Of a stretch of DNA of 64,000 nucleotides, positions 1-10,479 are shown one piece after another. A program made the translations under genes and the position numbers. The notes below the pieces were generated by a model. That model had not been told where the DNA came from. It ran no database searches and worked only from the letters and a program-made list of their open reading frames with translations. Position 1 is the first letter of the stretch. Each line of letters starts with the position of its first letter. The DNA comes from a virus, in IMG/VR virus record IMGVR_UViG_3300029094_000045; one strand, written 5' to 3'.

Positions 1-1089
1 CGGGTCTTCGCCGCCACCAAACAGGATTTTGTTAACACCGGCTGTAGTAAAAAATGTAGCCTCTGCCTTTGCAACTTCATTCGTGTCACTATTGACACCG
101 CTCTTTTCGAAGTTCCAATCGGTAAGCTTCATGGGCGTCAAGATTGCACCAATATTAGGCGGTAAAACATTCGTCATCATGTCGTAGAACTCTTTAGCAT
201 CGTTGTAATCAATAAGAAATTCGCCTTTGTCGCCAAGCGGGATTTCCATAGCGAGAGCTTTGTAGTTGTTAGTCTCACTCGCATTTTTACTGATTGCGCG
301 ATAATCTTCAATATCTGCCAAAGCACTAAACAGACTCACAAACGGGGGAATCGGAATATAATCGTGTTCATTTACCTTGATACAGATAGACTTTGTACTA
401 TCGAGCTCCTGCCATTTATACAACTGAGTATTTGTCTTATATGTGTTGTACATAGTTTGAAACTCAGGCGGGTAGTTTGGCAATTTATCTTGATTTGAAT
501 CGAAGTATGAGAAATCGAACGCGAAATTATATACGCCATCTTCAATACTACTGATTTTACAATAATCCGCATCAAGATTTTGAAAAGCCACACTGTCGTT
601 TGTTTCCCACTCATATCCATAATAAACATCATCACGGAATGCGATGGTAAACATTTTCGTTGCTTCGTGTGGCAAATTCATAAGTTCGACTGCGGCAACA
701 CTAGAGTAATACGCTTTCTTGAGCTTGTTCGCATTAACCGTCTTAGAACGATCAAGCCCATAAGGAGAAATAGTATAAGAAAACGTGGGCATATTTGCAA
801 AATATTGAATCAGTCGGCGGTAGTAATTCGAAATATTGAACAGGTATTTGCTCATCTTTCGAAGCTGCTTTTCATAGCTGGCGGGATTGCCAAGATATGT
901 AACGAGCTGATCCTTAGTGTATTTGGTATATGTCGGATTTGTTTCTGATGTTGATTCAAGGTTACGAATACCAATCTTAGACAAATTAGCATAAACACCG
1001 GTAAGAAGGTCCTGATATGTAATATAAGAACTCTTGCCGTCCTTTGCGTTTGTCACACGGACCTTTTTTTGCATTTTATCTTCAGCCAT
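1..1089 (-). CDS. putative portal protein, 5' portion only (gene continues past the window start)
   Basis: Manual translation of the minus strand from the ATG at 1089..1087 shows no stop down to position 1. It begins MAEDKMQKKVRVTNAKDGKSSYITYQDLLTG and overlaps the terL stop. It is not in the ORF track because it has no stop inside the window. The function is inferred only from its position immediately downstream of terL (the usual TerS-TerL-portal order). Confidence 0.35.
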   Translation of the reverse strand, partial: MAEDKMQKKVRVTNAKDGKSSYITYQDLLTGVYANLSKIGIRNLESTSETNPTYTKYTKDQLVTYLGNPASYEKQLRKMSKYLFNISNYYRRLIQYFANMPTFSYTISPYGLDRSKTVNANKLKKAYYSSVAAVELMNLPHEATKMFTIAFRDDVYYGYEWETNDSVAFQNLDADYCKISSIEDGVYNFAFDFSYFDSNQDKLPNYPPEFQTMYNTYKTNTQLYKWQELDSTKSICIKVNEHDYIPIPPFVSLFSALADIEDYRAISKNASETNNYKALAMEIPLGDKGEFLIDYNDAKEFYDMMTNVLPPNIGAILTPMKLTDWNFEKSGVNSDTNEVAKAEATFFTTAGVNKILFGGGEDP

Positions 1090-3104
1090 TACAGACCTCC
1101 CTTCCTTAATATCGGTGCTCTAAAGTCAAACGTGAGAGAAGTAGGTCTCCTGTTTTTCTTTTCCATACTACGTTCGACTTGTTGAGCGATATAGTAGTTA
1201 TAAGACAGGGAAGAGTAGCGGTCTTTACGACACCCGGATTTCTCCTTGACCTTAATTACGTTGTTTATTGTTTCATACCCCAGATTAACGAGTTCGTTTA
1301 CGGCCAAGCCTGTATTGATGTACGGCATCTGTAGCGCAGCTCGTTCGCTGGGAGACATTTTGTCATATCCCTTATAGAGTTTTCGTAGTTGATCTTCGCA
1401 ACTATATTCGCTCTGAAGCAAGTGAATACGTCCCTGCTGGAAACCGCTACGGAGCCCGATGGCCACGTCACTGTTAAACTGTGAGCTGCCCATAATGGCC
1501 CAAATAACCTTCTTAGCATTTTTATCAGAACAACGATCGGCTACGTCGGGATTGTTGCAACAGCTAATAGCAGGATAGGTTTCACCGGTTTCGGGGTCGT
1601 ATATATCTTTCATGAGCAAATCAATCAAGGGAATGCCCATAGAGCGAGCATCGATGCCAAGGTAGTCGCAGTCGAAATAATCAAAATAACGACGCAACTT
1701 CAAAGCTTGGTCTTGAGTAATCATACCTTCGACGTTTTCGGAGTAAACGAAATTGCTTGTATAACGTCCGGATTTGTTTGGTACCATGCAATTCAGGAAA
1801 ATACTTGTTGCGTCATTGTCGTTCTTTTTAGAACTCATTAGTGCGATATCAGCAGTCAAAATGCGAATCTCTCCGTTTTTCTTTTTTGGAACGTCAGTCG
1901 CAGTAGGGGAGAGCACAATATTTGGCGCGTAGAATGCCTTTTCAATAACACGAGTTTTGTTGATGTCATCAAACTGGAATAGACCACCCTCGGTAGCTCC
2001 AAGCCATTCGACCATCATTTCCATTGCAAATTTCAGGTCGGAAAAACTGGACTCAGACATTTCATCTTCTACAGCTTCTTTGAGTAGAAGCCCTTCTTTG
2101 ATACTCATACGATAATCAAAAGCACAACAGAAATATTTTTTACTTCGATCAATCATATTCACAAAATAGTCTCTACATTTTTCATAGCTCCAGTGATTCT
2201 GAAACCATGCAGAGCTAAGATAGAATTCTTGATTTCGTTCAGCAAGATGCTTATACTGCGGCTTATCCAAATAACCGGGATGACGAACAATATTCAGGAA
2301 TTTCTTCAGAACCATATTGATAATATCTTCATCCATCATTCTATACTCGTCCACAAGTATTAAGTTTGCTCTCGCGCCACGCGCTGAGTCTGTAGCAGTT
2401 ACAACTTTAACGTAACTGCCGTTTTTAAATATAATTTCTGCTTTTTGATTATTTATATCTACTTTTTTGATTTCGGATTGCAACAAAGGGCTGTTTGGCA
2501 CAAGCTCTTTCATTATTTTTTCATCCAAAATATTTATAGATTGTGTTCGCACTTTACATGCGATGATGCACTTGGTACCCGGCCAGAGAATACATTTAAT
2601 GACAATGAAGACAGCGGTCAGAAAAGATTTGCCTAGCATTGGTTGTTAACCAGTAGTTTTTTATCTACTGCTCTGGAGATTTCTCTCATTTACATCGGGC
2701 TGTCAATTCAGTCCCAGATTGGCGTACATTTTCGCGTCGGACACTCTTGGTGGGATTATATTTATTCACCCACTACGCTCTACGATGGCGGGAAGCCTTG
2801 CGCAATCTTCTCGCTTATCTCGGTATTAGCAGTTAAGCTTTCACCGATATTGCCCGATTTTTTCATTCAAATAGAATGGCGGCCTATAGATTTGACCGCG
2901 AGCGGCAATGAAGCAGAAGCCTGTACATCTCACCATCAAAAATAAAAGAATCTGCTGAAATAGTTTCAAATTCAGATTCAAATATTCTTTGGCAAAACGC
3001 TGCGGATTTTTTCGGTACATTCCGCAGTGCCAAGCGACTGCATTCATTATCTTTTCTGATTTTGTATTTGCTACTTCCTTGTCTGTTAATTTCTTTTCAC
3101 TCAA
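1089..3104 (-). CDS. terL: terminase large subunit, interrupted: exon 1 about 2892..3104, exon 2 1089..about 2645
   Basis: The 516-aa ORF at 1089..2639 opens with LGKSFLTA, the second half of a Walker A/P-loop, and has a Walker B-like LILVDEYR; its frame is closed by TAA two codons upstream of the Met. The 87-aa ORF at 2841..3104 has a TerL-like N-terminus (MYRKNPQRFAKEYLNLNLKLFQQ...) and ends ...FIAARGQ. Joining the two gives ...AARGQ(QPM)LGKSFLTAV, which resembles T4 gp17 SRQLGKT. About 250 nt with stops in every frame separates them. Confidence 0.6.
2646..2891 (-). mobile_element. intervening sequence inside terL; candidate ORF-less group I intron
   Basis: The segment lies between the two terL coding parts, contains stops in the relevant frames so a simple frameshift cannot join them, and ends in ...AAUG (G) directly before the exon 2 codons CUA GGC AAA UCU. 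A ~250-nt length fits small self-splicing group I introns known in phage terminase genes. Exact splice sites and P1-P9 structure were not verified. Confidence 0.35.
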
Positions 3105-4108
3105 GGCGAACCACCGCCTTCTCCGACACCAAAAATGGCCTCGCGTAAACTATTATCTGCGGAGTCGTCTTCAGCTGTCTCTGGTTTATGCGCAGTCCAT
3201 TTCTCCATTTCTTCGTCGTATTCGTCTTGATATGGATTTTTTAAATGGAACATCTTCAGCAACGTACCTAGCACCCATACTCTGAAATATTTTCCAATAC
3301 CATCAACATCCTGCCATTCAGACGCAGGTTCCGGAATCGGTTCTTCTTCTTCCCACTTCTGAATCAATGTGCCAAATGTATTCGTCTCAGCCAGCGCATT
3401 ATCATTCGTCTGGTTCGGTTTAATTTGAGCCGATCCCATCAAATTCTGTAGATTATCATTAGCTTCCTTGATTTTCTTGGTATCGCCAGTAGCGTCGGCC
3501 TTTTCACAGTTCAGTTCTGCCTTTGCGATACGTTTGAACAGAATCTCCTGTGCGGCCGTCTTGCATTCGTGACGAGTAATCAAGTTCTGATAGTGCTCAT
3601 CAAGGAAAAGATAGTCACGCTCATCAAGCCCCGCGCCCCAAAATTTGGTCATTTTCAGAGTAACCTTAGTACCAGTGGTCTTGCCAGCTGCGAGCGCATC
3701 CTTTTTCTCTTGGTCAATCGTATTATCATAGGTTTCACCAGCATGTTGCCGAATATTTGAGAACCCCATATACAGGTTGATCTTCGGCGTAGACGTCTTA
3801 GTAGAACGATCAGCCATGGCGAGAATATCGTCGGAATAGACCAAATCAAACATCATGCATAGACGCTTAATGGCCTCATCTTCATTGCCATACTTTTTTG
3901 CATAGTAGTCAAATATTTTAGTTCGACACTCATTACACCACGGAAGATACCCGTCATTCCCAGCAAACCACTGGCTCTGCGTTTTTGAGAAATTAGTTTT
4001 CCGAACATTATAAATTTCCCCGCAGCACATGCATTTTCCGCCGCTCCAAGAATCAGGGATTTTTACACGAGGAGGCTTCTTATCTGCGGTAGTTCTGGCC
4101 ATCGTCAA
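3101..4108 (-). CDS. putative terminase small subunit or DNA-binding protein with a C4 zinc ribbon
   Basis: 335-aa ORF immediately upstream (in transcriptional direction) of terL. It carries CMCCGEIYNVRK...WCNECR (CxxC...CxxC). Assignment is by position only. Confidence 0.3.
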   Translation of the reverse strand: MTMARTTADKKPPRVKIPDSWSGGKCMCCGEIYNVRKTNFSKTQSQWFAGNDGYLPWCNECRTKIFDYYAKKYGNEDEAIKRLCMMFDLVYSDDILAMADRSTKTSTPKINLYMGFSNIRQHAGETYDNTIDQEKKDALAAGKTTGTKVTLKMTKFWGAGLDERDYLFLDEHYQNLITRHECKTAAQEILFKRIAKAELNCEKADATGDTKKIKEANDNLQNLMGSAQIKPNQTNDNALAETNTFGTLIQKWEEEEPIPEPASEWQDVDGIGKYFRVWVLGTLLKMFHLKNPYQDEYDEEMEKWTAHKPETAEDDSADNSLREAIFGVGEGGGSP

Positions 4109-4493
4109 TCACCTCCCGTTCCATCATCCGTCATGTCATCAAAACGATATCTTATTTCATTCTAGAGTTTAAGAATCGCATTCAACTTCTTTGTTTTGCG
4201 GAATTTTGTATATACAGAGCCCGTAGTAGGGTGCTCCCCAATTTCTTCATAGAAAATTCCCATAGAACGGATAAACAACGCCGTTCGTCTGGAATAACAG
4301 TAGAAGTAATCGCCTCCCAAATCTTTTACAAATTTTTCTTCCATCTCTTTAGTTTAGAACCCCCTTTTTAATTTAATTTCGTGGGTGCAGGTTGCGGGGA
4401 CGATCCGCACTATACTGGATTATGAGCCCAGCCAGCACACCGGCGCTGTCACCTGCGACATATAAAGCCCACCTGAAAAGATGGGCTTAAATT

Positions 4494-5183
4494 TTATTTA
4501 TTATTTTCTCTTTTGAAGAATTCATCCCATTGTTTTGCCATCGCCATTGCGACGCCATGGAATGTTTTGGCTCTATTTTTCGCATCCTCTCCACGTTTAG
4601 CTGCACCGCGATTTCTCACAATGCCTTTATTAGCCGATGTTCCACTTGGACAATAAGGTCCTTGCGGAGGTACAGCTTCGACCGGCACCAAAGAAGGGAG
4701 CCCCTTTAGCCACAGACAGGTCTTTTTAGTCCACGGATGCAATTCTCCATAGTATTCGTATGGCTGTATTGTTTGTGTAGGTTTAGGCATTTCATAAACA
4801 GAACTCGGAATGGGGTTTTCCACGCAGATATATTTGATGGGAGCATTATAAAATTTCATAAAGAAATCTTTTGCTTCCAGACCTTTCTGATACCGTTCTT
4901 GGTTCAGCTTATGTCCAGCCTATAGCCATCGTGCGCCCGCATTCGACAGATATGTGCAGGGAGGATGAGCTATTAAAAGATCCCAGCAACCAATATTATG
5001 AGTAGCTCCATCCATAGTAGTTACGATTCCGCTGTTTATAGTGGCAACTGCGTCACTTAAGATATGCTACTCTGGGTGTCCACCAGACGGGGCCTGAACA
5101 TCGCAAGAATAAGCTTCATGCCCAAGTTCTCTAAAGGCGTTGCATACTTCCTGCGATTCTTCGCACGCAATTAAAACTTTCAT
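4494..5183 (-). pseudogene. protein with a C5-methyltransferase motif IV-like PCxxxSxAGxR box; frame carries two in-frame TAG codons (4920..4922 and 5067..5069)
   Basis: Manual translation from the ATG at 5183..5181 reads MKVLIACEESQEVCNAFRELGHEAYSCDVQAPSGGHPE*HILSDAVATINSGIVTTMDGATHNIGCWDLLIAHPPCTYLSNAGARWL*AGHKLNQ... and runs into track ORF 4494..4859 in the same frame. The only two stops in 230 codons are both TAG. No SAM-binding motif I (FxGxGG) was seen, so true methyltransferase activity is doubtful. It is either a decayed gene or one read through by amber suppression. Confidence 0.4.
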
Positions 5184-5240
5184 TTGCATCCTCCACAAAA
5201 ATAAAACGCCCCAGACCAAAGTCCAGGACGTCAAAATCTA

Positions 5241-6323
5241 TCAAATTATAATTTTACTTGGTTTCTCTAGCTTGCAATCATACAGACAAGTCAAACCATC
5301 ATCGGCAATAACAGCTACGGCCTGCTGCGGGATATCATTCTTACGAATACCAACAGCGAAACTATCAGTACCACATACACAGCCGCTCTCGATAACCTTC
5401 GTGCCATGCACTGTAGTCATTCCGTTCGTGTGGCGATGTCCGAGGAAGACTAGATCAATGGGCTGTTTCACCATCATGGTCAAGTGTTCAACGACGTTGG
5501 CAGGGGAATCCTTATCCCCATGTGCATACATCACCAGACTATTACGAGCCTTGAATCCTCCAAATGTCGGATCGAGCTTATCTGTTTTGATTTCAATACC
5601 AGCCAGATTCTGCAGCCGAGCCTTCATATAAAACGGAATCAGTGCTTCAAGTTCATCGCCTGCCACCTGATCCTCTTTGCTGGGGAATACTCGTGAGTGG
5701 TTACCACTGACCGAATACACATCAATATGCTGACATACCTCATACAGCTCAGCGACAAAGTTACTCACTAGCTCTGCGGCCGTCATGACCTGTTCGATGC
5801 TATTCTCGTTATTCTGCACTCTGGTGTTTACATGGATGTGGCCATTGATGAGGTCACCAAGTAGTAACACATGAATCTTCTCAGCAGCGTGGCGTTCTAC
5901 AATGTTAAACACCTGGGCAACGTAGCTCTCCAATCGTGCTTTCAAAATCTCACGGTTAAATTTATTCCAAGCAGAATCGATTCCGGCACCCGTATGTAAG
6001 TCGGACAAACATACAATCACATCATGCCCGCTGCCTTCATACTGTACAACATTCAGAAAATCCTTCTTGTCGTATGGAACAACCTTGGCGGCGATTAGTT
6101 CTTTAATGGCTTCAACACGGGCAACATCTCGGTAAACTCTATTCGCCGCAGTGCGTTCGTCCTGCAGTTTGACCTTCTCTATTTTCAGTCGCTGCAACTC
6201 GTTTTGAATTGTCTCTTCGTTAGTATGTCCAACAGCATAGTCATAACCGGCCTTCCATGCTTTGTAAGTCTTGCGGTACCGGCATTCTCCATAGTCAGAA
6301 CCGGTTGCTTCATTCAAAAACAT
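5241..6323 (-). CDS. calcineurin-like metallophosphoesterase (SbcD/Mre11-like nuclease or protein phosphatase)
   Basis: Motifs in order: VCLSDLHTG (DxH), LLLGDLINGH (GDxx), VSGNHS (GNH), GHRHT. Confidence 0.55.
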   Translation of the reverse strand: MFLNEATGSDYGECRYRKTYKAWKAGYDYAVGHTNEETIQNELQRLKIEKVKLQDERTAANRVYRDVARVEAIKELIAAKVVPYDKKDFLNVVQYEGSGHDVIVCLSDLHTGAGIDSAWNKFNREILKARLESYVAQVFNIVERHAAEKIHVLLLGDLINGHIHVNTRVQNNENSIEQVMTAAELVSNFVAELYEVCQHIDVYSVSGNHSRVFPSKEDQVAGDELEALIPFYMKARLQNLAGIEIKTDKLDPTFGGFKARNSLVMYAHGDKDSPANVVEHLTMMVKQPIDLVFLGHRHTNGMTTVHGTKVIESGCVCGTDSFAVGIRKNDIPQQAVAVIADDGLTCLYDCKLEKPSKIII

Positions 6324-7651
6324 GGCGGCTTGATCCTACGTTAACTTCCGTTCACCGCAAGCATCGCCAATACGCATCATATAGTCGTCAAAAGTCTCTT
6401 CGTCCTTCTTTTTAAATTCGTCCATTTAGCACCTCAGATCTCAAAATTGGAGATAGTGCGTTGAGTGCGATTGAGTTCGTATAGAGCCGCCTCAGCCTCA
6501 ACATTCCCAGGAAGCTGAGTCAGAACAGACTTAATCTCCTCAGCATACCACTTATGTGTGGTGCGGGTAATATGGACATTGGGAATAACCTTCCGCAGAT
6601 AAGTAGCCTCGTTCTTAGTAATTTCAACCATAAATATTAGTTCTCCTTTTTAATTTAAAATCAAAGAGTGAAATATACAACACCCTTTCATATATTAAGA
6701 AAGTAAAGTTCATTTCGTGCATTTCGTTGTTTTTCGTCTGTATTTCGCCAGACGTGTTCGTTCCTTCTTAGCGGCGCATCCTTTGCAGTATCTACTGGCG
6801 TTTGGCTTCTCTGAATGATACTGTTCGCCACATATTGTGCAATAACACTCTTTCGGGTCAAACAGCTCACGTACGATAACGCTTAGATTAAGCCGATTAT
6901 TTTCCAGTGTCACATTGAACGTGTACGCAATCGTGTCATTCTTATCAAGAGTAAAATTTTGGTACTGATATAGGCATCCAATATCATCAGTACCTGTTCT
7001 GTTCAACAGGTGATAGCTGTCTGAAATCTCCTTCATGCCCCGCACAGTATTATAGCCGTCATCCTAGTTTTTCCCGGCGCAATACATAATCTCTGTCTGC
7101 TCTTCAAAGCAACCACCAAAACGCTTCATCTTGAACTCGGTATCCAATGCAAAGGTATCGCTTCCGTACAGTCGGCAGAAGAATATCACCCCAAACAAAA
7201 CGCGAAGCTGTGCATAGTTGATATGATACTTCCGACGCGCCTCTGTAATATACTCCAGATCTTTCTGATAAAGCACAACTTGATGTACGTCAAGTATTGG
7301 TGCATTATTTTTGCGGCCTCTGCTGAACGTCTGAATCAAGTGGCTGCGATCATAGCTGACAGACTCAGGATTTTTCATCCGCTCATAATAAATCGTGGCA
7401 CATTCAATGGGAGAGAGGGAGGTTCGCCTCAGCAGGTTTCGCAGCATCAGATTTGACTCGTGATAATCTTGCCAATGATCAAGCAGCATGTTTTCGTTAC
7501 AATAAAATGTCGTATAAGCCATTTAATCTCCTATTATAGATTATCCGTAAATATAATTTTTGATACCAATATAGATGAAGATGAAGATACTTTTCCATAA
7601 ACGAAAATGGTATAGTCCTCCAATATGCAATTAACGCGGTCATATTCATTT

Positions 7652-7906
7652 TTACACATCCTCCCAGCCCACAGATTTATGAGCGAATTTTTGAATACGC
7701 CGAGCTTCGTCCCAGCTAAACATTATCTCGCCGCAATTCGCACATTTCATAGCGGTAACATTTATGGCTTCGACTTCCTGTCCACGACAGTGGAATGTAT
7801 ATGTTAGTCCATTTGTCAGTGTCATGATTCCGCCACACTTGGGGCATTCCATCTGTTGCGAGGGTTCTTCCTGTTGCGTTTTCTTCTTTTTGAATAGATT
7901 AAACAT
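7652..7906 (-). CDS. small zinc-ribbon protein (YgiT/MqsA-type CxxC...CxxC)
   Basis: CPKCGG...CANCGE within an 84-aa ORF. Confidence 0.3.
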   Translation of the reverse strand: MFNLFKKKKTQQEEPSQQMECPKCGGIMTLTNGLTYTFHCRGQEVEAINVTAMKCANCGEIMFSWDEARRIQKFAHKSVGWEDV

Positions 7907-7920
7907 GATAAACTCCTTTG

Positions 7921-10479
7921 TTATTTTACTCTTGCTTCGTAAATTCTCGGTTCAGCTAAACTATATCGTTGACCAAGATATTCATACTCGCCGTTCGGAT
8001 CGTGAACTGGCAATTGCACGGGAACAGGTTTGATATTTTCAACTACGCCAGCACCAGCCATATGCCATAAGAACTTCTTGAATTTATTGGGATACTTCTC
8101 ATAGCAAAGCACCACAAGAATATTGGCCAGCTCTCTCACATCTGGACACACCAGCTTGCACTTGTTACGGTAGACATTGTAAATCGCCTGCCAGTTGGTT
8201 TCATAGGTCTTAGCTTCTTCTTTTGTAATTTTATCTTTGAGGTCATTCTTGTAGAGCTGCCAATTGTGGCATTTCTTTTCGAAGAGAAGCTGTTCCTTAC
8301 GGTAACGATTGAAATCAAGGAAGATAGCCTCGATCTGGTCAAATACCGACTGGTCATAGCCGATTTCTTTATCGAACATAATGTGCCAATCAAAGTTGCC
8401 AGCAGGCTCTTTATGCCAGCGAACACCACGTTCCCAACGTTCCAAACTCATACAAAGTAGACTCATATTGCTGTGCGCTTTGCTTAGATTGTGAAGCCGT
8501 GCATAATAGGGACCGTTGTATTTAAAGAAATATGGCATTCCACTTGCTTTTGCCCATTTACTGATCTGACGAGGAATAGGGTAGAGCACACCGGTTTTTG
8601 CGAAATCCACAGCTTTCCCGTTTGCTACAGAAAGAAGATCAATATAGCCCTCATATAACTGTTTTGTTTCCTCTGTACGTGCGACCCGGTTATGATATAC
8701 AGATGCCATGTTGCTGATCTCGCCAATCATACTTTTTAAACCACGAAGAGTACAAGCGAGCTTATTTTCAAGGTTGTCTATTTGGGCAAGACTAGTTACT
8801 TTGTCTTCAATATCAATAGTAACATATCCATCATCAGGGATAGTATTGATAATAATTGGCTCATTTGACAACAGCGTTAAGTCTCCATCATAATCGGCTC
8901 CAGACAAGCGTTGCGGGGTTATTGAAAACACGTTAATCATGCAGCAGTTGACGAGATGACTGCAATATTTTTGTGTCAATTCATTGTCAACACCTTTTAG
9001 CTTAACATGCTCTTGGTGACATATATGTGGGTTGCGTCCCAATGCGCGTTCACCTAAAATAACACCGCGTCTATCAAAGCTATAAAACTCATCGGCTTTA
9101 AGGCAACCCTTTATAGGAAGTTCCGCAATAGCCTCCATTAAAGCTATTTGATCTGGAAGCAGAAATTTAAATGTCGCGTTAAAAAATAGCTTTCCACACT
9201 TAAATCCATTGCGATATTTATCGAGGAGACTATGGAAATAATCTTTAACACTTGGCTCATGAACCATTTCTGGATTGCGCATAATAGCCGCAACATAATG
9301 ATTGAGTGGTTCAGTATTATCAGATAGTGCGCCAAGAAAACAGTATGTAAAAATCGGATCGCCACGTACGATCTTTTCATACCAATCTACTGATTTATCT
9401 GCTAGATGTTTAAATTCATCAAATGGAACATTCTGTAGGTCTTGGATAAGCTGGTAATTTCCTAAGCTAACTAAAACCTCTTTATCTGCTTGATAATTCC
9501 ATTTTGCAATACCTAATGCATGATCGTATTTCAAAGCAAGTTCTTTGTAGCGGTTCCAATCATTAACAGTTCCGTCTTGCTTAAAATATTTATATCCCTT
9601 GTACATGCTTTCACAAGCAATAAACATCGGCTCTGCATCACGAGTCACGGAATGTTTGATACCCCAAATGTCGGTGATTTCAGTAACACCACGCTCTTCG
9701 TAAAATGAAACATAATCCATTTCATTGAAAACACCTTTGAAATATGGCATACGAAACACCATGCTATTGATTCGTTCCGTTGTCCCAATTCGGTGCTCTA
9801 CTTCGCGCATCAAAGAAGGATGAGCAATACCGCATCCATCAAACATATTGATTTCAATGTCTGTTTCTTTTTTAGCGATTGCTTTTTGTTTCCAAGTGCG
9901 TTTTGCCCCGGTTTTCTGATCTACGAATTCGACTTCTTCGTCACGAACATATTTAATCTTTTGATTTGGAATAGTTGTAAAAGTATCTGGTACAACAATA
10001 ATTTTCGGAAACCATTCTCGAAGTGCGATACAATGACAACTTGAAAGCACAAGGCCGCGATAAGCATAATATTTACTAAGCACCGTCGGCTTGTCCTTGA
10101 AATCCAAATCCATACTGATTCGCTTATTAACTTCTGGCCAAATGTGAGATTCAACCATTGAGAAAATAAATTGACGAATCATAGAAGCGCTACGGTCGCC
10201 AAAAGAAAAATGATATTTACCGATTTTTGCGCCATGCTCAATCAAGTGACGGACTACTTTTGGCTTATTCTGAGCGCCAGTTGCATCGATAAATACAATA
10301 AAAGGATTGTAATCGTCATAGTTGTTTGACACAATTCTAATCTGACGAAGTAACATTGTATCAGACTGGAGCACTTGATATTGTGCATCGTTCGCAACTT
10401 CTGCCGGAATTTTGTAATTATATTTTATAAACAGACTTAAAGGATATTTGCGAACAGTGTAACTTTTAGGGCTGATCAA
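7921..10479 (-). CDS. large polymerase-like protein with an ADYDGD motif; candidate YonO-like single-subunit RNA polymerase
   Basis: 852-aa ORF containing SGADYDGDLTLL, which matches the NADFDGD catalytic loop of two-barrel RNA polymerases and YonO-type phage RNAPs (YonO is ~840 aa). No other polymerase-family motif (A, B or C) was recognised. The ORF is secure; the function is tentative. Confidence 0.35.
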   Translation of the reverse strand: MISPKSYTVRKYPLSLFIKYNYKIPAEVANDAQYQVLQSDTMLLRQIRIVSNNYDDYNPFIVFIDATGAQNKPKVVRHLIEHGAKIGKYHFSFGDRSASMIRQFIFSMVESHIWPEVNKRISMDLDFKDKPTVLSKYYAYRGLVLSSCHCIALREWFPKIIVVPDTFTTIPNQKIKYVRDEEVEFVDQKTGAKRTWKQKAIAKKETDIEINMFDGCGIAHPSLMREVEHRIGTTERINSMVFRMPYFKGVFNEMDYVSFYEERGVTEITDIWGIKHSVTRDAEPMFIACESMYKGYKYFKQDGTVNDWNRYKELALKYDHALGIAKWNYQADKEVLVSLGNYQLIQDLQNVPFDEFKHLADKSVDWYEKIVRGDPIFTYCFLGALSDNTEPLNHYVAAIMRNPEMVHEPSVKDYFHSLLDKYRNGFKCGKLFFNATFKFLLPDQIALMEAIAELPIKGCLKADEFYSFDRRGVILGERALGRNPHICHQEHVKLKGVDNELTQKYCSHLVNCCMINVFSITPQRLSGADYDGDLTLLSNEPIIINTIPDDGYVTIDIEDKVTSLAQIDNLENKLACTLRGLKSMIGEISNMASVYHNRVARTEETKQLYEGYIDLLSVANGKAVDFAKTGVLYPIPRQISKWAKASGMPYFFKYNGPYYARLHNLSKAHSNMSLLCMSLERWERGVRWHKEPAGNFDWHIMFDKEIGYDQSVFDQIEAIFLDFNRYRKEQLLFEKKCHNWQLYKNDLKDKITKEEAKTYETNWQAIYNVYRNKCKLVCPDVRELANILVVLCYEKYPNKFKKFLWHMAGAGVVENIKPVPVQLPVHDPNGEYEYLGQRYSLAEPRIYEARVK

